Source: Pseudomonadota bacterium (GTDB lineage Bacteria; Pseudomonadota; Gammaproteobacteria; Burkholderiales; Burkholderiaceae_C). From it: a stretch of DNA of 64,000 bases. The position numbers were made by a program, and so were the translations under genes. The stretch spans positions 331-64,330 of the forward strand of contig JAZKDR010000019.1 in NCBI GenBank assembly GCA_040387435.1, given 5' to 3'. The first letter of the stretch is position 1. Every line of letters begins with the position of its first letter. Positions 20,621-29,254 of the stretch are shown piece after piece. The notes beneath the pieces are model-generated. The model worked only from the letters and a program-made list of their open reading frames with translations, was not told where the DNA came from and ran no database searches.

Positions 20621-21253
20621 TCATTTCGAGAAGAAAAACTTGACCTGTTCCGCCGGGTTGCCTCTTGCGGTCACGGTCATGCCACCGGCCGAACCCGCAT
20701 AAGTCGGCGTCGATGGCGCTACGGAAAACTCGCCTTTTTTCATAAAGTTGGAGTGAAAATAGAACTTGTTGGGACGGTCAGCCGCCAGCATGTACACCAC
20801 CTGATTGGCATTTCCATTGTCATAAAGGATCATGGCCGTGGCATAGCCGCTGTTCGCCACCTGTGTCGCCAGATCCGTCCGCAAGCGCTGGACCTCGTCT
20901 TTCGCCATGTCACCAAACTCTATGGTTTCCGCAAACGCTTCAAGCGGGAGGATCGGATACTTCCGGTCGGACATCCGGACACAGAATATCTTTCCATTGG
21001 ACACGGCCAGATAGGCAAGGCTTCTGTCCGAGGGGCGTACCACCGTCGTGGTCCGCTGCGCCGTGTCAGACACCATTCTCATCAGTGTCTCCGGGGTCAC
21101 GGTTGCAACACATTGCTTCGCAAATTCGATGGAATTTGGCGCTCCAGCGACTACCGCTTCAAACACTTCAGGAATTTTTTGGGCAGTGGCTGACTGGCAG
21201 GAAATGGCCAGGAAAACTGCCGCCATGGCCACGTCTCTACGAATGGTCTTCAT
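20621..21253 (-). CDS. Hypothetical secreted protein (orphan, AT-richer than the surroundings)
   Basis: Start trimmed to MKTIRRDVAMAAVFLAISCQSATAQ, a signal peptide. I recognise no family. Its base composition is visibly lower in GC than neighbouring genes. Confidence 0.5.
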   Translation of the reverse strand: MKTIRRDVAMAAVFLAISCQSATAQKIPEVFEAVVAGAPNSIEFAKQCVATVTPETLMRMVSDTAQRTTTVVRPSDRSLAYLAVSNGKIFCVRMSDRKYPILPLEAFAETIEFGDMAKDEVQRLRTDLATQVANSGYATAMILYDNGNANQVVYMLAADRPNKFYFHSNFMKKGEFSVAPSTPTYAGSAGGMTVTARGNPAEQVKFFFSK

Positions 21254-21491
21254 CGAATCTCTCTCCCTTGGTTTTAATGATTTGTTGCCAACAACGGCCA
21301 ATTGGCCGCTGCTCGCCAAATCATTTTAAGGGGCGGAAACCGGATGTTCCAGGCGAGGCCGGCCGTATCGGCAGCAGGCCGCTTCCACCAGGACTACGGC
21401 TATGTGAACTGTTGCAGACGAGTAGCCCGGGCCGAAAAATCCTTGTCGACTGGCGATTCGGGTTGAATGTCGAGCACGCACGGCTGAAGTA

Positions 21492-21655
21492 CTGCTATTG
21501 ATTAAATAGCTGCTCACGCTCGTCTTTATTGGTCTGCAGCCTGATTTGGCACTTGAAAATGGCCTTTAGCAGGCCTTTTTCCGCTTTTTTTTTGGGCTTT
21601 TGGTCGCCCCGCAGGGTCGTAAAAGATTCAAAATGTAAAGCTGACTTTACATTTT
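21492..21655 (+). repeat. Intergenic repeat family, copy A (divergent, with an internal terminator-like hairpin)
   Basis: Aligns with 36811-36957 and 40204-40350 through tagctgctcacgctcgt.t.tattgg.ctgcagcctgatttggca. It ends in the perfect palindrome aaaatgtaaag-ctga-ctttacatttt (21630-21655). Confidence 0.75.
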
Positions 21656-21678
21656 GAGCAAGAAGGAAAACTAGCGAT

Positions 21679-22548
21679 TCAGACGGGCTCCGCCACGACC
21701 ACGTTTTCAATGTGGCCGATGCCCTCAATCTCCACACGCATCACATCGCCGATCTTCAGCCACTGCGGCGGGGTCATCGCCACGCCGACGCCCGATGGCG
21801 TGCCGGTGGCCAGCAGGTCGCCGGGCTCCAGCGTCATCACGGTCGATAGATACGCGATCTGTTCATAGATGTTGTGCACCATCTCACCGGTGTTCACTTC
21901 CTGCTTGACCTGGCCATTGACCAGCATGCGCAGGTTCAGCTTGTGCGGATCGGCGACATCGTCGTCCGTCACGATCCACGGGCCGATGGGGCCGGTGGTG
22001 TTGAAGGACTTGCCCAGCGTCATGGTGGCCGAGCGTTTTTGCCAGTCGCGCACCGAGACATCGTTGCAGGCCATGTAGCCGGCAATCACCGAGCGCGCAT
22101 CAGCGGCGCTCACATGGCGGCAGCGCTTGCCGATCACCACGCAAAGCTCGGCTTCGTAGTCGAGGTTGTCAGACACTTTGGGCATGTGCACCGGATCAAA
22201 CGGGCCGTTGACGCACGACACCTGCTTGTTGAACCAGACCTGGGTGTCGGGCACCTGCACGCCGAGCTGGCGCGCCTCGGCGGCGTGCTTGGCGTAGTTC
22301 ATGCCGATGGCGAGGAACTTGCTCGGGTTGGGCACCGGCGCTTCCAGGCGCACATCGGCCAGCGGATACGTCACGCCCGTGTCGGCGCTGACCTCACGCG
22401 CGCGCTGCATCAGGGCAGCGCCGCCAGCCAGCAGCTCGCGCATGGTGGCTGGAATGGACGCGTCGGAGGCCGGCAGGTCGACAACCTGGTCGCCCACGAT
22501 CTTGCCGATGGAGAGGTGCCCGCGGCAGGAAAAAGTAACGAGTTTCAT
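21679..22548 (-). CDS. Fumarylacetoacetate hydrolase (FAH) family hydrolase/isomerase
   Basis: Start trimmed to MKLVTFSCRGHLSIGKIV (ATG at 22548); the track ORF runs into the upstream gene. The C-terminal FAH fold shows YEAELCVVIGK and GDLLATGTPSGVG. Confidence 0.85.
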   Translation of the reverse strand: MKLVTFSCRGHLSIGKIVGDQVVDLPASDASIPATMRELLAGGAALMQRAREVSADTGVTYPLADVRLEAPVPNPSKFLAIGMNYAKHAAEARQLGVQVPDTQVWFNKQVSCVNGPFDPVHMPKVSDNLDYEAELCVVIGKRCRHVSAADARSVIAGYMACNDVSVRDWQKRSATMTLGKSFNTTGPIGPWIVTDDDVADPHKLNLRMLVNGQVKQEVNTGEMVHNIYEQIAYLSTVMTLEPGDLLATGTPSGVGVAMTPPQWLKIGDVMRVEIEGIGHIENVVVAEPV

Positions 22549-22576
22549 AGATCTGTTTTCTGGTTGATGGAGAAGT

Positions 22577-23539
22577 TCAGGCCACTTCAGCGATGGGCGC
22601 AACGGGTGCCGCAGCAGCCGGTGCAAGACCCTGCATCTGCGCAAACACGGCGGGTGGCTGGTGGCCCCAGATGCTGATGCGGTTGTATTCGCGCACGTCG
22701 TCCCAGTTGTCGGTGATCTGGCGGCCGGTGGCGCCGACTTCGACCTGCCAGCCATCAGGGCCGACGCTGTAGAAGCTGACCATGCCGTCGTTCTCATGCT
22801 GGCCCAGCATGTTGGCCAGCGGCGTGCCGGCAGCCAGCGCACGTTCGTAGGCTGCGCCCACATCGGCGACCTGTTTCACCTCGAAGTTGATGTGATGCAG
22901 TTTCTGCGGCACTTCGGGCGCGGGGATTTGTGCAATCGCCAGCGAGTGGTGGCGCGCATTGCAGTGAAAGAACGAGACATTAAGCTCGACCGGTCCCATG
23001 GGCAGGCGCAGGGTATCAGAGAGCTTTAGGCCCAGGCCTTCCAGCGCAAATTTGCGTGACGCCTGGTAAGCATCTTCACCAGCCACACCAAAAACGAAGT
23101 GACCGAAACCCTGGTTGCCGGTGACAAATCCGTTGGGGTACATCGCGCTGGCAAAAGGCTTGCCGGCATCCTCAAGGCCCAGCACAAGCTCGACCTCCAC
23201 GCCCCAGGGGGCACGCACACGAACCATGTCCTTCACGCGGCGTTCGCTATTTTGCGCGGCCGTACCAGGAACAGGCTCAAGCCCAAGCTTACGCAGCCTG
23301 GCCACACCAGCGTCGAAAGCTTCGCGGCTGGTAGCCTCAAAACCGATGCAGGTGGCGTCGTTGGCCTGGCCCTGCTTCAGCACCACGCGCTGGGCCTTGC
23401 CGTCGGCACGCCAGGTGAAGGCGCCGGACGCCGTAGGCTCGCCAGGCATCAGGCCTATGACCTCGCCCAGGTAGGTGTTGACGGCCGACGGGTTGCGGCT
23501 TTCCAGAACGATGTAGGCGGATTGAATATCGATTTTCAT
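22577..23539 (-). CDS. Two-domain VOC-superfamily extradiol ring-cleavage dioxygenase
   Basis: 320 aa. It has the glyoxalase/bleomycin-resistance/dioxygenase architecture with an H..F.V type motif (GFGHFVFGV) and HHINFEV. Confidence 0.7.
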   Translation of the reverse strand: MKIDIQSAYIVLESRNPSAVNTYLGEVIGLMPGEPTASGAFTWRADGKAQRVVLKQGQANDATCIGFEATSREAFDAGVARLRKLGLEPVPGTAAQNSERRVKDMVRVRAPWGVEVELVLGLEDAGKPFASAMYPNGFVTGNQGFGHFVFGVAGEDAYQASRKFALEGLGLKLSDTLRLPMGPVELNVSFFHCNARHHSLAIAQIPAPEVPQKLHHINFEVKQVADVGAAYERALAAGTPLANMLGQHENDGMVSFYSVGPDGWQVEVGATGRQITDNWDDVREYNRISIWGHQPPAVFAQMQGLAPAAAAPVAPIAEVA

Positions 23540-23620
23540 GAGGTGTGTTTCCTGTTTATCCCCGTCGTGGCCGTTCGCCGCAACGCTGGCCGGCAGCTTG
23601 CCGACGGGGCGAGCGCTTTT

Positions 23621-24619
23621 TTATTGAGGCTTGGCGCCGACATCCTGCAATACCTTCTCCCAGCGCGTACGGTCGTCGTTCCAATACTTGCCGAACTGGA
23701 CTGGTGTCATGCTTTTGGCGTAGACACCCAGGCTGTCAAAACGCTCCGTCAGTTCGGGCGTCTTGACGACGACGGCGACATCACGGTTCACGCGGTCGAT
23801 GGCCTGGGCGCTGGTGCCCTTGGGCGCCACAACCCCGAACCAGCCATTGATGACCATGCCGGGGAAGCTTTCGGTCGCAGCGGGCGTCTGGGCCCGATTG
23901 GGCAAACGTCCGTCGGAGAACACGGCAATCGCTTTCAGCTTGCCGCCCTTGACCATGGGTTCAATCGGCGGAATGCCGTCGATGATGACCTGCGCATCGT
24001 TGTTCATCACCGCAGCAATCGCCGCGCCGCTGTTGGCATATGGCACGGCGCGCATCGGAATACCGGCCGCCTTCGACAACACCTCTCCAGCCAGGTGCGG
24101 CACCGAATAGATGAAAGGTGAGGTCACCACGAAATTTGAAGGGTCCTTCTTCGCGATGGCCAGCACATCGGCCAGAGAGTTGGCCGGTGAAGAGGCGCTG
24201 ACCGCCAGCACCATCGGGCTCTCGCCCACCAGCGCCACCGGCACAAAGTCCCGTGTCACATCGCCCTGCGACGTCTTGAACATGTAGGGTGACAGCGTCA
24301 GGACCGAGGCCGCTACAAAGGCAAAGGTATGGTCATCCTGCGGGCCGTTCTTGATCGCGGCCAGTCCAATCATGCCGCCAGCACCGGGCCGGTTCTCGAT
24401 GATGACGGGCTGGCTCCAGGCCTTGGACAGTTTGTCACCCATGACGCGCGCAATGATGTCGGGTGCGGTGCCTGCAGGGGATGGCACCCAGATGCGCACG
24501 GGCTTGGTCGGCCACGCGCCCGCGGCTGGGGCCTGGGCTTGTGCGGCACCCATGCCGAAAGTTGCAGCGATGAGGCAGGCCACGAGGCTGCGGCGGCCGA
24601 GCGTGTTGAGGGTGTTCAT
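23621..24619 (-). CDS. Bug-family (TctC-like) tripartite tricarboxylate transporter substrate-binding protein
   Basis: 332 aa with a signal peptide then WPTKPVRIWVPSPAGTAPDIIAR...ENRPGAGG, the Bug-family signature. Confidence 0.88.
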   Translation of the reverse strand: MNTLNTLGRRSLVACLIAATFGMGAAQAQAPAAGAWPTKPVRIWVPSPAGTAPDIIARVMGDKLSKAWSQPVIIENRPGAGGMIGLAAIKNGPQDDHTFAFVAASVLTLSPYMFKTSQGDVTRDFVPVALVGESPMVLAVSASSPANSLADVLAIAKKDPSNFVVTSPFIYSVPHLAGEVLSKAAGIPMRAVPYANSGAAIAAVMNNDAQVIIDGIPPIEPMVKGGKLKAIAVFSDGRLPNRAQTPAATESFPGMVINGWFGVVAPKGTSAQAIDRVNRDVAVVVKTPELTERFDSLGVYAKSMTPVQFGKYWNDDRTRWEKVLQDVGAKPQ

Positions 24620-24689
24620 ATATGTCTCCTTCTATTAATAAATCGAAATCAAAACGGGGGCAATGCGGAATCAAAAAAACAGGCAGGTG

Positions 24690-26348
24690 TCAGGCCACGG
24701 CCTCCAGCGATTTGCCGGTCACCCGGGCCAGCAGGTCGAAAGCGTCGCCAATGCTGTTGCCGCACCAGGCGATGTACTGGTCTGGCCGTATCAATGCGTA
24801 GTCGCATCCATAAAGCTCGCGCAGTGCGGGCCGGTCGGGCGACAGCAGCTTCAGCGGAATACCCTGCGCAGAGGCCGCGTCGATCATCGCCTCTGCAGCG
24901 GCAGCTGCCTCCTTGCGGGTGACCAGCAGCGTGAAACCGCGCGACTCGAAATGGTCGTACAGCGACACGCCGTGTGAACGGTCGTCGGTGTTGTCATTGA
25001 GCCAGGCATGCGGTGCCAGGCAGCCGGGCCGGGCCATCGGCGTGTAGTCGGTCGAGTCTGGGGCATCGCCGGGCATTTCAGTCTCGCCTGCCAGCACGGG
25101 TGATTCGCGGTAGCGGCTGCCCAGGGTCACGCCCAGCGTATAGAACTCACGGTGCTTGGTATCGGCCAGCATGTGCGCCAGCTCGCTGCGGATCGCGTCA
25201 CCGGCGGCACCGTCTTCCTCCATGCCGGGCACCACCAGTTTGCGCGACGTGTGCGCGTGGTTGGCGACCGACTCGGCGATGACACGCTCATGCACCTGGC
25301 GGCGCTCGATCTCGTAGCTCGACAGCAACTGCTCGCCGCCCCAGCCTGAAAGCACGGCAGCGAGTTTCCAGCCCAGGTCCAGGCCATCGCCTATGCCCAT
25401 GTTCATGCCGTAACCCCCGTAGGGTGGGTGCAGGTGGCAGGCATCGCCGATCAGGAAGGTGCGGCCGACACCATACCTTTCGGCGATCAGCTGGTGCGCC
25501 GTCCACTCGTCGCGGCTGAGGATTTCAATGTCGATGTCGAAGCCGATGGCCAGGCGAATCAGCGTGGCCGGGTCAGATGACGCATCAAGCAGCTTGGGAC
25601 AGCCGAAGGTCCAGCGGTCGCCCACATCCAGCGGCGAAATCACCGCCGGCACTTCTTCGTTGACCAGCCAGTACATGACGGCCGGGCCGAGCTTGTGGCG
25701 CTGGGCCAGGCCGGGCGCACGGAAGACGATGTTGTGGTTGTGGGACAGCGGCGAGGTGCCGCTCATCTTGATGCCGAGCTTTTCACGTACCGTGCTGCGA
25801 GCGCCGTCTGCACCGACGAGGTAAGCGGCGTTGACGGTCGTTTCAACACCCGTCGTCACATCGCGCAGCGTTGCGACCACATGGTCGCCGCGGTCTTCGA
25901 ATTCCTTCAGTTCGGTGCTGAAGCGGATGTCCACCGACGGCATCTCCTGCGCTCGGCTTTTCAGAACCGCCTCGACCTTGTATTGCGGAATCCACTGCGC
26001 GTGCTCTGAGTACCGGTCATCGCGCGCGGGGTTGCAGTTGAAACCGTTGGGAAAGCGGTGCAGTTCGCGCCCGCCCAGTCTGGTAGCAAACACGACGTTC
26101 GAGGGGTAGTCCACGCCGAACGGCGATTCAGCCGCCAGCCGCCCGGCAATGCCCCAGCGCCGCATCAACTCACGCGTGCGCACGTTGGTGGTTTTGGCAC
26201 GCGGGGCATACCCCACGCGGTCATGCCGCTCGACCACGATGCAGCGGTGGCCCTGGCTGCCGAGTTCGACGGCCAGCGACAGGCCCGCAGGGCCCGCGCC
26301 GATGATGAGTACAGCCGCGTCTTCAGCGGCCTGGTTTGGTGTTTTCAT
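24690..26348 (-). CDS. FAD-dependent aromatic-ring monooxygenase (PheA/TfdB/MhpA class)
   Basis: GxGxxG motif at VLIIGAGPAGLSLA, plus GDACH and a C-terminal thioredoxin-like extension. Start moved to the ATG at 26348 (MKTPNQ), preceded by GGAGAC. Confidence 0.82.
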   Translation of the reverse strand: MKTPNQAAEDAAVLIIGAGPAGLSLAVELGSQGHRCIVVERHDRVGYAPRAKTTNVRTRELMRRWGIAGRLAAESPFGVDYPSNVVFATRLGGRELHRFPNGFNCNPARDDRYSEHAQWIPQYKVEAVLKSRAQEMPSVDIRFSTELKEFEDRGDHVVATLRDVTTGVETTVNAAYLVGADGARSTVREKLGIKMSGTSPLSHNHNIVFRAPGLAQRHKLGPAVMYWLVNEEVPAVISPLDVGDRWTFGCPKLLDASSDPATLIRLAIGFDIDIEILSRDEWTAHQLIAERYGVGRTFLIGDACHLHPPYGGYGMNMGIGDGLDLGWKLAAVLSGWGGEQLLSSYEIERRQVHERVIAESVANHAHTSRKLVVPGMEEDGAAGDAIRSELAHMLADTKHREFYTLGVTLGSRYRESPVLAGETEMPGDAPDSTDYTPMARPGCLAPHAWLNDNTDDRSHGVSLYDHFESRGFTLLVTRKEAAAAAEAMIDAASAQGIPLKLLSPDRPALRELYGCDYALIRPDQYIAWCGNSIGDAFDLLARVTGKSLEAVA

Positions 26349-26456
26349 TGTCTCCGTCCGGGCGAGGCAGATAGCCTGCACCATTCATGTCGTTAGATGA
26401 GACGGACTTTAAGCAGCTGGCACATAATTGGAAAGATCATTAGCTGGATACAGGTT

Positions 26457-27386
26457 ATGAATAAATTTGATGACCCACAACCGGAGCTGTCTGACCTGAA
26501 GGCGGTGCTCGCATTGATGGCGCACGGCACGGTGACGCGCGCTGCCCCTGCCCTGGGCACCACGCAGTCGGCCCTGAGCTACCACCTTGACCGCATGCGC
26601 AAGCGCTTCGGTGACCCGCTGTTTGTACGCATCGGCAACCGCATGGCGGCCACACCGTTCACGCAGCGCCTGGCCGAGCCGGCAGCGCGCGTGCTGCGCA
26701 TCATGGAAACCGAAATCGGCGGCCTGCAGAGCTTCGACCCCGCCACCAGCACCCGCGAGTTCCGCATCGGCATGAACGAGCTGGGCGCCATCACGCTGGT
26801 GCCCAAGCTGGTCAAGCGGCTCCACGAACTGGCCCCCAATGCCGTCCTGTCACCGATACAGACCAATTCAGACAACCTCAGTTCGGCGCTGGAGTCCGGC
26901 GAGCTCGACATCGCCGCCGGATTTTTTGCGACCTCCGACACGCGCCTCTTCCAGCAGCGGCTTTACCAGCGCGACTACGTGTGTATTGCGCGCAGGGACC
27001 ACCCGACGGTCGGGCAGACGATGTCATGGAAGGAGTTCAGTCTGGCGCGCAAGGTGCATACCGGCTCCATCCCCGTCACCACGGGCTGGCTGGAGGCGCA
27101 GTTACGCAAGGCCAGCTTCTCGGCCAGCGTGACCATGAGCACGCAGCACATCGCCGCCATTCCTTTTATCGTGGCGGCGAGTGACATGGTGGCGGTGATC
27201 CCGCGTGAGCTGCACGACCTGCTCTCACCTATCGTTTCACTGAAGATCGTGCGCCTGCCGAAAACCATTCCGGCCATCACCATCCGCCAGTACTGGCATC
27301 CGCGGATTGCCAGCGACCCGTCGGTGAAGTTTTTGCGTGAGCTGGTGTATGAAGTCGCACGCGAGCCTGAACACACACGCCGCTGA
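26457..27386 (+). CDS. LysR-family transcriptional regulator, divergent from the monooxygenase operon
   Basis: Start trimmed to MNKFDDPQPELSDLKAVLALMAHGTVTRAAPALGTTQSALSYHLDRMR, which carries the HTH. Confidence 0.85.
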   Translation: MNKFDDPQPELSDLKAVLALMAHGTVTRAAPALGTTQSALSYHLDRMRKRFGDPLFVRIGNRMAATPFTQRLAEPAARVLRIMETEIGGLQSFDPATSTREFRIGMNELGAITLVPKLVKRLHELAPNAVLSPIQTNSDNLSSALESGELDIAAGFFATSDTRLFQQRLYQRDYVCIARRDHPTVGQTMSWKEFSLARKVHTGSIPVTTGWLEAQLRKASFSASVTMSTQHIAAIPFIVAASDMVAVIPRELHDLLSPIVSLKIVRLPKTIPAITIRQYWHPRIASDPSVKFLRELVYEVAREPEHTRR

Positions 27387-27397
27387 AGCCAACAAGG

Positions 27398-28618
27398 TCA
27401 GCTCGGCAGCGCCCGGTAATTGCGCCACAGACGCCAGCAGCACCAGGACATGGGCAGCGCCAGCGCGAGATAACCCGCGCGGTAGGTGCCCGCTGTGCTG
27501 GCGAGCAAGGCAAAGATGGGCGGGCCGACCACCACGCCAAAAAAGGTGAAGGCCGAGACACCGCCGGTGGCCAGACTGGCGAAACCCGGTGGTGCCTGCC
27601 GGGCGACCTCGGCCAGAAAAACACCGTTCCAGCCAATGGCCGTGGCACCGAAAGCCGTGAGCAATATCAGCACCACCGCCATCGGCGTGTCGGGCCTCAG
27701 CAAGGCCGTACCCAGGCTACACAGCACCACGCCCAGTGCAAGCATGGCCAGCGTGCGCAAGGCACCAAAGCCGCTGTCGGCAATATGGCCCCAGACCACA
27801 CGGCCGATCACGCCGGCCATCTGTGAAACCGACAGGGCCAGCCCGGCAGCCACCAGGCCAAAGCCCAGTTCGGTATGCAGGTACACCACGGCATAAGTCG
27901 TGAGGCAGAGCTGCGATGCCGACAAGAAGAAAGAACAGATCGCCAGCGCCCTGAGATTGGCGTGGCCCGACACCATGCGCGCAGGTTCAGCGAGTTTGCC
28001 AAGATCAAGCACCGAAGCAGCATCGCGCTGCGCATCGAGTCGGGCACGCAGGGGCTGGGCCAGCAAGGCACACAGCACGCAGGCAATGGCCACGGCAGCA
28101 ATGCCCCAGCGCCAGCCAATCACGAACATCAACCCTGGCACGATGGCACCCGCGAGAATGCCGCCCAGCGGAACCCCCGTCTGCTTGATGGAAAAAATCA
28201 GCGACATGCGATGCGGCGGCGTGCTGCGCGCCAACAGGTGCGAGCTGGCCGGCGTGATGGGGCCATACCCAAAGCCCATCAGCAGCGCACCCGCCGCCAT
28301 GAGGGGCAGCCAGCCGCTGCAAAACATCGCCAGCCCCAGCCCGCATAAAACCAGCCCACCCTGGCTGACACGCACAGGGCCCCAACGCTGAACCGCACCC
28401 CCGGCAGCCAGGCTGCCGGTCATCGCGCCGATGTACACCACGCCGATGTAAATGCCGGCAAACACCGGCGAGATGCCCAACGCAGCGGCAATCACGGGCG
28501 CCACCACCGGCGGGCTCAGCACGGCCATTGATGCGATGGCCTGGATGGCGAGCGTGATGAGGAGTTCTGTCCAGCCGCCGGTCTTGGGGCTGTTGGGTGC
28601 TGATGGGGTCTGGGTCAT
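27398..28618 (-). CDS. MFS transporter
   Basis: 406 aa, polytopic, with roughly 12 TM segments. Confidence 0.8.
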   Translation of the reverse strand: MTQTPSAPNSPKTGGWTELLITLAIQAIASMAVLSPPVVAPVIAAALGISPVFAGIYIGVVYIGAMTGSLAAGGAVQRWGPVRVSQGGLVLCGLGLAMFCSGWLPLMAAGALLMGFGYGPITPASSHLLARSTPPHRMSLIFSIKQTGVPLGGILAGAIVPGLMFVIGWRWGIAAVAIACVLCALLAQPLRARLDAQRDAASVLDLGKLAEPARMVSGHANLRALAICSFFLSASQLCLTTYAVVYLHTELGFGLVAAGLALSVSQMAGVIGRVVWGHIADSGFGALRTLAMLALGVVLCSLGTALLRPDTPMAVVLILLTAFGATAIGWNGVFLAEVARQAPPGFASLATGGVSAFTFFGVVVGPPIFALLASTAGTYRAGYLALALPMSWCCWRLWRNYRALPS

Positions 28619-28713
28619 GGGATCTGTCAGGCATTTATTGTCGCCTGAGCGGGGGACTTTTGCAGGCGCTTGTCCCGCGTATAGAGATAGCGGTCATTGA
28701 ACGAGCGTCGGGT

Positions 28714-29222
28714 GCCGGGGGTTGCCCGGCGGCAACTCACTTTCTTTTGCTTCGCCAAAAGAAAGTAAGCAAAGAAAAGGCGACCCTGTTCGTCGTCCCC
28801 TCCGCTTCGCTGCGGGGCACCCTGCGATGCTCGCGTCAGCCGGGGTCTGAAACAACTCGCCTGCGGCTCAAACAAGTTTCAGCCCTGATCCGTCTGCCCC
28901 TGCGCTTCTCGGCTCCTCTCCAAGGGTTTTGAAGAGAAAGCCGGGGACGAAGTCCGCCTTCAAGCGCTTCGCGCTTGAAGCCTCCCCGAATTAATTCCCC
29001 CAAACCCCTGCTGGCCGCGCCGAGGAGCGCAGATGGAGTCGGCATAAAGGGGAAAAACTTGTTTGAGCCGAAGGCGAGTTGTTTTTCCCGCCGACGTAAT
29101 CGAGCACCGCAGGTTGCCCGTAACGAAGTGAAGGGACGCGGACTGGGGGTCGCCTTTTCTTTTCGTTAGTTTTCTTTTGGCGAAGCAAAAGAAAAGTGAC
29201 TTGCTGCCGGGCAACCCCCGGC
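28714..29222. repeat. 509-bp giant imperfect palindrome: two inverted ~250-bp repeat units abutting at a central palindrome
   Basis: Left end gccgggggttgcccggcggcaactcactttcttttgcttcgccaaaagaaag... mirrors right end ...ctttcttttggcgaagcaaaagaaaagtgacttgctgccgggcaacccccggc. The centre is cttcaagcgc-ttc-gcgcttgaag at 28958-28980. Each arm has its own sub-hairpins. Confidence 0.85.
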
Positions 29223-29254
29223 CTGGTCGTGAAGGGCACAACAAACAACACCCC

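Noticed and set aside
21679-22863. N-terminal extensions of several track ORFs. Examples: 21679-22863, 8552-9853, 12114-13133, 13034-14194, 30579-32054, 32340-33698, 39196-40194, 42057-43109, 43140-44039, 46233-47174, 48043-49905, 54171-55262, 56708-57775, 59073-59795, 60722-61804.
   Set aside because: The extensions overlap the preceding gene or lack a protein-like sequence. Internal ATG/GTG codons give canonical N-termini, signal peptides, Shine-Dalgarno spacing or ATGA coupling, so I trimmed the starts.
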